The notes under the pieces: model-generated | Databases searched by the model: none | The model's input: only the letters and a program-made list of their open reading frames with translations | What the model was told of the DNA's origin: nothing | Program-made: the position numbers and the translations under genes | Assembly: GCA_031835245.2 (NCBI GenBank) | Contig: JAVKOQ020000002.1 | Location: 558,001 to 622,000 of the forward strand | Direction: 5' to 3' | Length of the DNA: 64,000 nt | DNA from: Balamuthia mandrillaris | Lineage: Eukaryota | Shown: piece after piece, positions 46,485 through 57,484 of the stretch | How the letters are laid out: each line of letters begins with the position of its first letter | Position numbering within the stretch: the stretch's first letter is position 1

Positions 46485-46765
46485 GTTTGACCCTGTTTGT
46501 TGTCTTCTTTTTTCTTCTTCTTCCTTTTGGTTGACTAAACTTGTTTTTGTCAGTCTGTCAAAAAACAAAAAAACAACAAAAAAAACAAAACAAAAAACAG
46601 AAAAGAAAAAAAAGAAAAGAAAAGAAAAACAAAAAAAAAAAGAACTTTTCAGTCTTTTCCTTCGTTTTTACGGCGATTTTCTGTCAATTTTTTGATGAAA
46701 GAAGTGAGAAAACCAAAAAAGCAAAGAAAAGAGAGACAAGAGGAACGAAAGTGCCATTTGGCTGT

Positions 46766-48707
46766 TCATGTTGAGGACGAAGACTTTGGCTTGGTTGCCA
46801 CAAAGAAAACGGGATGATAGCCGGGCTGCAGCATCGACCGAGAGTCATTATCGTAGTAACAATTCTCTTTCCGCTCTTCCTTCTGTTTTGTTTTTTGTTG
46901 TGGTTTGTTTTTGGGTCGTGTAGAGGAGGAGAAGAAAGAGAATGAATCCACTGTGTTTCAAGTAAATTCAAGAAATAAACGTACCTCGATTTGAAAGCCA
47001 AAGGACTCCATCACTTGTTTTAGTTCCTCAAAAGAGAGCTCTATGGATTGTTCCTCTTGCATGTCACTCCAGTGATATAATAATGGGCCTTCGGTATCCA
47101 TTAAAGAGAAAGATTAGAGAAAGAAAGAAACGGGAGGAAGAAGGAGGGAGAAACAAACCGAGATTAACCCACACGCCGCCTTCTTTCAAAATGTTATAAA
47201 TAGTTTCCACATAGGCTATGATGTTCTTGGCCGTATCCAGGAAAAAGCAGGTGCATACACAATCCCATTCTACAACGTGAACGAGAAACACTGATGAGTA
47301 ACAGGGAAAACGAGGAAGCAGCGAAGAGGAAGAACGGAGAGGAGAATAAAGGGAGAAGAGAAAAGAACCATTTGGAGCTGTATAAACTTCGAGAAAGTCG
47401 CCAGCGCACATGGAAAAGTCGGCTTCCAGAAGGGCCTCGGAAGCAGGGTTAACGTCAGGGACGGTAACAACCCTGAACTGATCTTCCGTGGCGTATACGT
47501 TTGCGCTGGAGGTGATGAAAGGAAATATGCGAATCACATTTGGATTACGCACTCTATCATAAAGGAAAAGAAACAGGTTGCGGTGATGAGAGAAAGTAAG
47601 AGAGAGAGAGAGAGTGAGAGAGAGAGAGAGAGAGCATTACCGATTAAGAATGAAGTTGGAAGATATCAACATGAAGTAAGAAAATTCATTTCCTTGACTA
47701 GCATAACCTTCAAAGGAGAGAGAAAGATAACAAGATATAGATAAGAAAGTGAACGGAGAACAAAAGAGGCATCAAGCAGAGCATACCCCGACATGCAAAC
47801 TCCCAAGCAAGGCGGCCCAAACCACCGCCAGGCACCAACACTTTGACTTTGTTTCTGTTGTATTGTTTTAGAAGCAGTCAGGCAAACAAATGAAGAGGAA
47901 ACAAAACCTGTTTTCTGGCGTGATGGGGAACCGCCGTTCCACTTCTTCGATGAGCGGTCCGAAGCAAGCATCCCTCTCTGCTTTTCCCTGTCATTACCAA
48001 TTTAAAAGAGTTGAGAACACAAAAGTAATGACCTTGTAGTACTGACTAGGAAGGAAGGAAGGAAGGAAACGACAATAAAGAAAGCAAGCGACTACAAGAT
48101 AGATAGAAAGAAACGACAAGAAAGAAAGAACAAAGGGCAAAAAGATATACGACAAGATAGAAAAAAAGACAACGACCAAACTGTAGTTGCTTACCTCCTC
48201 GCTCCATTCCCTCATGAACTGCTTCAGGGTGCTGCGAACCTTGTCAAAGTCCTCGGCACGCGGTTGCGTGCCCTGTGTGAGCTGCTCCTCCTCCCCCTCA
48301 GCAACGGCATTGCGGCCAAAGAGGCGGTGCTCCTCGACGATCAGGTTGGCAAAGTCCTGGTTGACGGAGAGGCACTGCCGTATGCGGATGAATTTTTTCT
48401 CCATGTCGGGCAGCAGGGCCTGGTGCTTGGTGGGCAAGCTCTGCCAGTCCCTCTCCATGCGGCGCAGCCAAAGCTGGAAGTAGCTGCGGTAGTAGCGAAA
48501 GGCATTGACGGTCTTTTGGAAGACTCTTTGCTCTTCCAATTCGGCATCCTCCTCCGTTTCCTCTCCCGCTCCCTCTTCTGTGTCGTTTCTTCCCTCCTCG
48601 TTGAAGGATCTCAAAGCCTCATGATGACGGCGATGGTCATGAGAACCACCGCCATGGTGGTGGCTGTGCCCGCTGCAGTCATGGTGGTGGTCGTGGTTTC
48701 TTCTCAT
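46766..48707 (-). CDS. CARNMT1: Carnosine N-methyltransferase (N2227 family)
   Basis: DFDKVRSTLKQFMREWSEE, VLVPGGGLGRL, QGNEFSYFML, MCAGDFLEVY, TCFFLDTAKNI, WVNLG|PLLYHW, SIELSFEEL; His-rich N-terminus. Confidence 0.93.
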
Positions 48708-48871
48708 CTTTTCTTTCTCTGTAGTTTTGTTTTACGTCGACATATTATCTTGGGAAGCTACTAATAGGTAGATAGCATGAATAATATATTTCATCATTTG
48801 TTCAATATAATAGGTATGCATCACTTAGATTCACAAAAGAAAGAAGAAAAGAAAGGCAGAAAAGCAATACA

Positions 48872-49614
48872 ATGGTTCGTCCTGACTACTACGTGTCCAG
48901 GGTGACCCACATGGTGTACGTGCTTGTTCTGTTTTTGGAGTGATCCACTATCTCACCTTTTTTGTTTTTGTTTTGTTTGTCAAAAATAAAAAACGAACAT
49001 TTAACAAAAAACAGCACCTCAGGTTTGTTGATTGGAGTAGCGGCAGCGCCTTACATGTTCAAGGACGCTGCTTTGCTGGCTCCCAAGATCATGCCCATCA
49101 TTGCTGTCGTATCTTTGTTGACAGGTTAAGCTTTTGTTTGAGAAGAAGAAGAAGCGCTCTTCCATATGTTTCATGCTGATGGGTTATTTTGCACACAGGC
49201 TTGTATAATGCTGGTGCTGTGAAGCCCTCACGCATGGGAGCAAAGGTTGGCCCCTGGAGGGTCCTTATTTACGCTGTCAAGATTGGCATTCTCGTTAGCC
49301 TTACTCCTCTCTTGGTACGCTTCTTCCTCATTTTTCTTCTTCTTCTTCTTGCTCTTCTTCTTCTTCTTCTTCGTGTTCTTGTTCTTCTTCTTCTTCTTCT
49401 TCTTGCTTCCTGCTTCTTCTCCTAATTCTTTCTTGCCTCTTGCTTCTTCTTGGTCCCTTCTCTCATTTTTGTTTCTCAAAACCAAAAGGACAAGGTTGTT
49501 GGAGCAGAATTGGTGGTGCCCATTCGCCTGGCTGCGGTGCTCGCTTCCGTCTGTGCTGGTTCCTACGCTCGTTACTACCGCGAGGAAAACCAAGACCTTT
49601 CCAAGTCTGCTTGA
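48872..49614 (+). CDS. Small multi-pass membrane protein of unknown function (4 exons)
   Basis: Frame-consistent GT-AG splicing gives MVRPDYYVSRVTHMV|TSGLLIG..SLLT|GLYN..LTPLL|DK..YARYYREE..; about 4 hydrophobic segments. Confidence 0.7.
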
Positions 49615-49750
49615 AAGCCCCAAAAGCGGTATCAAACGGCAATTGGACCGCTTTGTTTTTTTTTTTTCTTAACCAACAAACAACTCCCTTGTATCTACTT
49701 TGTCTGTCACAGTCTTTATTTACCATCCTCCCTGGAATTATCAAAGGAGC

Positions 49751-49792
<42 letters not shown>

Positions 49793-50128
49793 AAGGAGGG
49801 AGGGAGAGAGAGGGAGGGAGAGAGTAGAGAGAGGAGAGGGAGAGCCAAAACACTTTTTTGGAATGCAAGGAATGTATAGCATTAGATCAGATCGGATTTG
49901 GCCGTCGGATGATGTCATTATTAAAACGTTTACCCCCTCAAGCAGCCAGCAGCGTTTTTCGTGTCGCCAAAAAGAAAGCGAAGAAAAACAGACAAGGAAG
50001 GAGAAAGCTGAGCAGTGCGCGCACACGATTTTTAAAGAAAAATAAAACAGAAGCGGTGACAATGGTACGCGCGCGTTCTTTTGGAGAGAAAGTTTGTTGT
50101 TTCTAACGGTAAAGGGATCTTTCCAATC

Positions 50129-50766
50129 ATGCAGCAAGATCAAAGGGCTATTCCAATTCTGAAGGAAGGGCTTGAACCTCTTCGTGATGGCTTGGCCTCC
50201 AACGCTGCTGGAGGACGTGTTCTTCCTCAACACCCATTGGAAGAAAGCTTCAAAAACGTTCGTTTTTGTGTATTTGACTTTTATTTCCCTCATCTCTGTA
50301 CTTGCTAACAAAACAAATAGTTCGTGAACAATGACACCAGTTTCAAGCGTGCAGCGCTCAGCAATGTTTTCGGCTCACACATGTCTCTTCGACTACAAGC
50401 AGAGGAAGCCATCCTGTCAGAGTTTCAGCGTCTGCCCAGTCTGCATAGCGAACGTTCTGGCCTGAAAACGATGCTTGGCGTTGATGATGACCTTGGCTTT
50501 GTTGACTTCCTTCAAGGTACAGTACTTCTTGTTTTTGCTGTAATTCTTGTTCCTGTTCACTTAATGCTTTTGTGTCACCTCATCTGTCTGCCTCGTTCTC
50601 GTTTTTCTTATTGCGTTCTTTCTGCTTTTATCCTTCCTTTGTCTTCTTCCTACTCTCTCTTATTCGTTGTTAACTTCATCTATTTACGTTTGTCTTTGCA
50701 GATCCCTCTTACTCTGAAACCTCGGTTGACCTTCACAATGCTATGGAGGCTAAGCTTGGCTTGTAG
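50129..50766 (+). CDS. POMP: Proteasome maturation factor UMP1/POMP
   Basis: HPLEES, NVFGSHMSLRLQAE, QRLPSL, GVDDDLGFVDFLQ|DP..LHNAMEAKLGL. Confidence 0.9.
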
Positions 50767-50975
50767 ACAAATAAAGTTTGGTAAACAGATTCAAGAATGA
50801 AACGTTTTTTTAATAGCTCTTCTTCTTCATGTTCTTCTTCTTCTTGTTCTTGTTCTTCTTGTGCTTCTTCTTCTTGTTCTTCTCACTTCTCACTTCTCAC
50901 TATTCTCTTTTCTCTACTCTCCTTCGTTTATTTCTTCTCTTGGACAATGCTTTGACAGAATACATTTTGGTTACT

Positions 50976-51488
50976 TTAGTGAACTCTTCTCCACCGCAAC
51001 GGGGAAACCGTTCTGCTGGTGGGGCTCTTCATATTGGCTTTGGTGAGAAGCGATTCATGAATGGGAGCTGGTGGCGGTGAAGGAGCAGCAGCAGAAGGTT
51101 GTGTTGTCATCGTTCGAAGGGGTTCCCCATGCCCGTTGCGGAACATGTATTGCAGGGAGGTCGTCTTGCCCAACAACGCTTTCTTGGCTTCCAACTCTCT
51201 GGCCTTTGCTTCCATGCCCGTTACCATCGCCGCCGTTAGCGATGACCGGCGAGTGTTTTCCGTTTGTGTCGGCACAACGCTCATCTTTTGTTCTTTTTGC
51301 TCGCCTCGTTCTCCCGCGTGGTGCTCGTGCAGTTCCTCTCTGCCCGAGTTTTCCATAGCGGTTGCCTCCTTGCGGCTGTTGTTGCGCGTCTGGAACAGGA
51401 CATAACAGGCGAGCATAATCCATACAACAATGATGCCTTGTCCCAACTTGAGGCACAGTTGTGAGTCGAGCGCTTTAAGTCCTTTCAT
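50976..51488 (-). CDS. Hypothetical protein with an N-terminal membrane anchor
   Basis: 170-aa ORF with one hydrophobic segment (GIIVVWIMLACYVLF). A (TTTC)n tract lies at 51501-51600. Confidence 0.45.
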   Translation of the reverse strand: MKGLKALDSQLCLKLGQGIIVVWIMLACYVLFQTRNNSRKEATAMENSGREELHEHHAGERGEQKEQKMSVVPTQTENTRRSSLTAAMVTGMEAKARELEAKKALLGKTTSLQYMFRNGHGEPLRTMTTQPSAAAPSPPPAPIHESLLTKANMKSPTSRTVSPLRWRRVH

Positions 51489-51491
51489 CAG

Positions 51492-51598
<107 letters not shown>

Positions 51599-52013
51599 TC
51601 CCTCCTGTCGTTTCTCTCTCTCTCTCTCTCTCTCTTTAACGGTTTTATATATATTTTTTGTAGAGTTTTGTGGGTGATCGGACGCGATGACGTGGCCAAA
51701 GAGAGATTGTCTGTATCTGTGCAGCGATGGAGCTGCATTTGTGCAGGTAATCTCTTATTACCACGCGAGGGTTGCCCTGTAATTTTTCATCTCCCTTTGC
51801 TGGCAACGCAAAGAACCATGCCGCAGTGTCTTTTTGTCCTTTCCTATTTCCCAATAAAATCACTACCTTATCTTGGACAAAAGATTTTCCCTGACCGTTG
51901 TGCAAGCTCGCCCCCGAATTTACCTCTCATCTTCGTCAAGCAACTTTGCTGCGGCGATTTTTGCTGTAACAGCAAAGAAGAAAGAAACACACACCAACAC
52001 ACACAAAGAAAAG

Positions 52014-52493
52014 ATGGCTCAACCATGGATGGACTTCAAGATGGCCCAAGCCGCTAGGGCCACTCAGCTTAACCGTGACGCCAACAAGGTAAACACCAAC
52101 GTGCGCGGAGAGCTCGCCGGCCAAAAGTCGATGGAGGGCGTGGACAGCTTGGCCGTCCAAACCTCGCTCGCCCAGAGCAAGCGCAACAGGGAGGTCACCG
52201 GCGTCAACAACCAGGTCCGCGGCGAGCTGGCCGGGCAAAAGTCCCTCGAGGGCACCGACAGCATGGGCATCGGCACCGCCCTGGACCGCTCCAAGCTGAA
52301 CCGGGAGGTCACCGCCGTCAACAACGAGGTCAGGGGAGAGCTGGCCGGACAAAAGTCCAAGGAGGACGCGCAGAGCGTTCACGTGAAGCACGCCTTGGAG
52401 CAGCAGAAGAACGTGGGCGATCAGCTCCGCGTCAACGAACAGATTCGTGGGAAGGACGCTTCTCAGGACAAGAACACTGGCAGCTTCTTTTAA
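52014..52493 (+). CDS. 159-aa tandem-repeat protein (hillarin/LimE-type post-LIM repeats), intronless
   Basis: About 4 units of ~37 aa: DS..(V/I)..(S/A)L..SK.NREVT.VNNxVRGELAGQKS; the last is VNEQIRG. GC-rich third codon positions. Confidence 0.8.
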   Translation: MAQPWMDFKMAQAARATQLNRDANKVNTNVRGELAGQKSMEGVDSLAVQTSLAQSKRNREVTGVNNQVRGELAGQKSLEGTDSMGIGTALDRSKLNREVTAVNNEVRGELAGQKSKEDAQSVHVKHALEQQKNVGDQLRVNEQIRGKDASQDKNTGSFF

Positions 52494-52799
52494 ACCTGTT
52501 TTTTTTTCCCCCTTTACCTGTGATTATTTTTGTTCTCTTAAAAAAAAACAAACAAGCAACACCTGCCCCTCTGTTCATACTTTATTCCGGCCTCTTGCTG
52601 ACGCCCAAAGGAGTGGTTGCACATTCCCCACACAGAGGAAAGCGTGGCGTGTTAGCTTGGAGCATTGTGTGCGCTTTTGTGGGCATTTGTTCATCCGTTG
52701 GTCGGAAGTCTGCATCCGCCCTGCAGTTCAAGGGGAAGAGAGCCTTCATCTGCGAGGGAGCTCCTTTGACGGTTACCAGAGGGCTTGGCCTGGGCGGAC

Positions 52800-54093
52800 G
52801 GTCTCACCTCTACCTCTTCGTGTTTGGTGACAGTGCGACTTATGAATATTATGCGTCCCTGTACCTCATTGCAGCTTTTCGGACATTACCGCCAGGCTTC
52901 TACGAGGGCCAGGCCAAGTGGGCAGACGTCAACCAGGACTCCTTTCCCGACCTCCTCCTTCAGGGCAAGTTGGACCGCACGGCAGTATTAGAAGCTTCCT
53001 TTGGACAGCTTTTGCTGAACGACCAAGGCAGCAACTTCTCCCTCCTGCTCTCCTTTGCTTTCCCTGCTGACCAGCTGCAATGGGGGGATTTCGATGGGGA
53101 CCACTTCTTGGATGTGATTCATCTTCAACATAACGGCCTCGCAGCAGTTCACCTGAATGACGGAAACCAACCCACCACCTTCACTTCTTGGTGCTTGGAG
53201 GCACTACAGATATTGGTGAAATTCGAGCAGCTGATTTCGATGGAGATGGAGATGACGACATGTTGCTCGTATCGGGCTTCTACCGTTTCTTGTATCGCAG
53301 CGACGGGGATGGAAGCTTCGTTGATGCCACAGGAAGTCTCATTGCAGAGAACAGCAGCCCCTTTCACCCCGTTACTGACAGTAGTGCGGACTGGGGAGAT
53401 GTGAATGGTGACCAACATTTGGATTTTGTGGTTTGCGGAAAGGGGACTGTTTCTCCATGGTCAGCAGTGTTCTTGCAAACAAGCGGAGGACAGTTCAGGG
53501 ATGCCACTGAAGAGCTCTTTCTCGCAGATCCCTTGCCCCAAGTCACATCTTGTTTTGTTCGATTTGTGGACTTTGATGGAGATGCACACTTGGACCTCTG
53601 CATCACTGGCGCAGGAGGTGGGGGTTTATTTCGCAACAACGGCTCTGCCTTTGAAGGTTTGTTGTTTGTTTTGTTCAACGTTGGATAGTTGTGAAGTGTT
53701 GACGTGGGTTTCTTTCTTCTTTGTTGGACGCAGACGTGACTAGAAGGGAGTTTGGATTGCTTAGACCCTTCGGAGGCATCGACGACGGGATGGACGTCTC
53801 CTCCACTTCCGCTGGCAACGAATGGACGTTTCGCTTGGGCGGACGTAGATGGCAACGGCTCGCCCGACTTTTCTGCCCTCTCCGCAAATGGCTTCCAGTT
53901 GTGGCGGAACGAGCATTTGTTCCCCAGCGACCATGGCAGTGCATCCTCCTCAGACGAACCGTCCCCCTCCTCCTCACCTAATTCGGAGAGCAGTAGCGCC
54001 TCAAGTGACGGCCGAGATGACGATGGGGATAGCAGCGGTGGTCGTGTGAGGTTGGCCGTATGGTGGATGGAATTGGTGGAACGGCCGTTTTAA
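52800..54093 (+). pseudogene. FG-GAP/VCBS repeat protein, frameshifted, no clear start
   Basis: WADVNQDSFPDL, WGDFDGDHFLDV, AADFDGDGDDDM, WGDVNGDQHLDF, VDFDGDAHLDL, WADVDGNGSPDF; frame changes near 53185 and 53755. Confidence 0.7.
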
Positions 54094-54179
54094 AGCACAC
54101 CCGTCTTGCCTTCAACCACATCCACGTTTTAAAACAAAGACAAAGGTCCAGAAAGTATTCTGTTTGTTAAGTATTCTGT

Positions 54180-56095
54180 TTATTCATTCTTGTTGGCAAC
54201 AGGAGTAGCCTTGCTGAAAGGACGCTTCAACAAAAGCAAGAACAGCTCAAAAGTGATAACAATGACAAACTCGGGCCTGAAGAGGGCAGTCTTTGGCACT
54301 CGACCCGTCATGATGTCGGCCCAGCGAGCCAAGAACTTGTCACCCTTCCTTCTCACGGCTGCCGTCGCCGCATCGATAAGGATCGGGAACCGGTAGAGCA
54401 CTTGGCAAATGTGCATTGACCTTTTGTTTGTTTTGTGAACCACAAAGATGAGGAAGAGATAATAATATCAAGAAACTAAGAAGCAGTGATACAAACCACC
54501 AAAAGTCAGAACCAAACTCTTGCATCCAACGGTAATGGTAGAGGCGCATGGTCTCAGCGTCGTAGTTGCCCATGGCCTTGGCTTCCAACAAGAGGTTGGC
54601 GGCGATTCTTCCTCCGTCCATTGCGTGATGGATGCCCTCGCCTTGTTTGTTTAAAACATTAGAGAAAGAAGAAAGAAGAAAGAAGAAAGAAGAAGAAGGA
54701 GGTAGAAGAGAAAAGAAGAAGAGAGTACCAGTCAATGGGTCAATCATGCCGGCAGCATCACCAATGAGAAGCAAGTGCTCAGAGGAACTTACGGGCTCGC
54801 CACCCAAACGAAGGGAGGCTGCCTTCATCCTTTCGATCTTGTAGTTTTTACCCAATGCCCTGCTGACGTTCACATCCGATGTCAGCAGGTACTCATGCCA
54901 ATAAGCCAAGTCATCGTTGGTAACCTTTGGGTTGCTGTTCATCGGGAAGGAAAGATAGCGACCATGAGAACAAGAAGACAAAAAGAAAAGCAGAAGAAAG
55001 AAACAATAAGAAAGAAGCAAATAAACAAGTTACCCAGGAATGATGTAACAGCAGTAGTTCAATTCGTCGTTGGGATGACGGAAGAGAGCAGCATAGCCAG
55101 GGAGCAGACCCTTGTTGTAGAACACAACACCATCAGCCTTGAATTTGTGAGTGCCGCCTTCCACAAATGCACGAGAGCACGTGCCATTGGGTGGTCTCTT
55201 GATTAATCCCATTTGAGTACCTGTTGTTGTATCATGGTTAAGAAGAGAAAGAAGCACAAGGAGAACAAGATGGAGAGGAGGAGGAGAACAAGTAGGCCAA
55301 AAGGAAAAAGTTATTATACCCAGTCTGGAAGGAGCTCCATCGGCACAGACCAAAACACGAGCCTTGTAGGCGGGCGCAGTCTGTCCCTCGAGGAAAACCG
55401 ACCAGAGACCAGCCTTGGGGTCGAACTTGGCATCCACCACGTTAGAGTTCTCGCGTAGGTCAGCGCCGACCTCCTGAGCCCTGCGAGCGATGGCCTCATC
55501 GAGGAGCAAGCGCTTGATGGCAATAGCGGCAGGGATATCTCCCAGCTGCTCATGGCTGCGACCGACGTAGCTGATACCACCTGGGCTAACAAGACCTCCT
55601 GAGTCAGCCTGTTGGTTTTTATTGTGTTTGAATGTTACGTTACGATCATTAACGATAGCAACATCAAGAGAGAAAGGACGAAACCCCAAGAAAGACAAAG
55701 AAACAAGAAAAAAAAAAAAACAGTACCACATGAGCCTTGTTCTCTTTGATCAGCTTATCGTAGATGCCCATGTCGATCAAGATCTCAATGGCGGTTTTGC
55801 AGACGGCATCCCCGCAGTACTTGTCCCTTGGGAAGCTCTTCTTCTCCAGCAGCAGGACGTTGGCCTTGCCGTCCTTGGCCAGGTAGTAGGCGCAGGTGGC
55901 ACCGGAGGGACCAGCGCCAACGATGGCCACGTCGTAAAAGTCCCTGTCGGGAGTGGAGGCGGTGGCCTTGGCGTCCTGCTCGTGGAAGCGCCCGCGGCGA
56001 GTCACCGGAAAGGCCTTCTTGGTGGAGCGGAGGAAGAAGAAGTAGAAGAGAGCGAGGGCAGCCGTGGCTGCGGCTAAGTACGTCCAATACTCCAT
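54180..56095 (-). CDS. FAD-dependent oxidoreductase, geranylgeranyl reductase family (resembles Dictyostelium CmfB type), N-terminal membrane anchor
   Basis: DVAIVGAGPSG, EKKSFPRDKYCGDA, VCADGAPS, IGDAAGMIDPLT|GEGIHHAM. Confidence 0.9.
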
Positions 56096-56399
56096 CGCTT
56101 ATTTTCTGTTTGGGGTTGCACACATGGCAAAGATGAGAAAAAAGAAACGTGGGTTGGACAAGTTTGACGAAACCTTTTCGATGCTTTCAACGTAAGCACC
56201 CTTACTGGCACTTCAAGCGGAGATCAGTGGCAGCGAAAAAAAGAGCGAGCGAGAGAGAGAGCGAGGCGGACAAGCAAACGAAAGAACGAGGTGCTTGCGG
56301 CTGCTGTGGCTTTGCTTTCTCCGTGCGAGTGAAAAAAAAAAAGGAGGAGTTAATACGGCGAAACCCTATATTAATAAAAGGCAAAAGGAAAACGAGGCA

Positions 56400-57230
56400 A
56401 AATGGTTGGACGAAAGCAAATACCCCGAGGGACATACCCCCTATGGACAACAGGAATGGGTTGTTGCGCTACCAGTTGACGAAAGGAGGAGCTTGCGACA
56501 AGGCGGAATTCCAAACGGGGAGTTTCCTTTGGCGAACAGAAAAGAATGGAAGAGGATGATCTTGTGGATGGTATGCGCACAAACACTCCGTGTACTACCC
56601 ATGCCTCTGGCGCTCCGAAGCACTGAGCATGGAGACGGTAGAAAGCGCTGCACTTGGCGGGCGTGTGAAAGCATTGCAGTGGGCGAAGGCAGCAACCAAA
56701 GGAGAGTAAGCACCACTGCAGATAAGCCAGCAGGCGGCCAATGGAGGACACCTTCTGGTGCTTCAATGGGTGATCGATGAGCTTAGATTTGATTCAACCA
56801 ACGACACTAAAGTCTTCTGTAGTGCAGCCAGAAGAAGAAGGTTGGAAGCGTTGCAGTGGTTGCACGACAGTGGTGCTCGATGCAGTGGCCAAAGCAGGGC
56901 TTGTGCAGCTGCTGCAAAAGGGAGTCACTTGGAGGTGCTGCAATGGTTGCTGAGCAAGGGAGGCTGCTGGATGAGTCTGTGTTTCGCGATGCGGAGGGAG
57001 GACACGTGACCATGTGGCTGCGGAAGAATGGTTGCCCTTGGAGCGTCCGGGCGTTTGGGGTGGCAGTTGCCAAAGGCCGCTTGGAAGCACTTCGTTGGAT
57101 GTATGACCGGCTTGGCCCACAACTGCTCCTAGGATTGAAAACCACTGACGTGGAGCGTGCCGCTCACAACGGCCATCTAGAAGTCGTCGAGTTCGTCGAT
57201 CATGTCTCCGCTAAACTCCACACGTTATAG
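56400..57230 (+). pseudogene. Decayed ankyrin-type (GCPW) repeat gene
   Basis: Repeat units (AALGGRVKALQW, GGHLLVLQW, AAAAKGSHLEVLQW, NGCPW, AAHNGHLEVV) are spread across different frames with stops. Confidence 0.75.
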
Positions 57231-57297
57231 GCAAATTCCCATATCTGAACCATAACAAGCGAACACAAAAGAATACTCAAAGCTTTATTGGGAAATG

Positions 57298-57416
<119 letters not shown>

Positions 57417-57484
57417 AATTGGTCCGCTGTAGGGACGACGATGGGGATGATTCTTCCGCTGTAACAGAAATTAATGTGGAAGGT

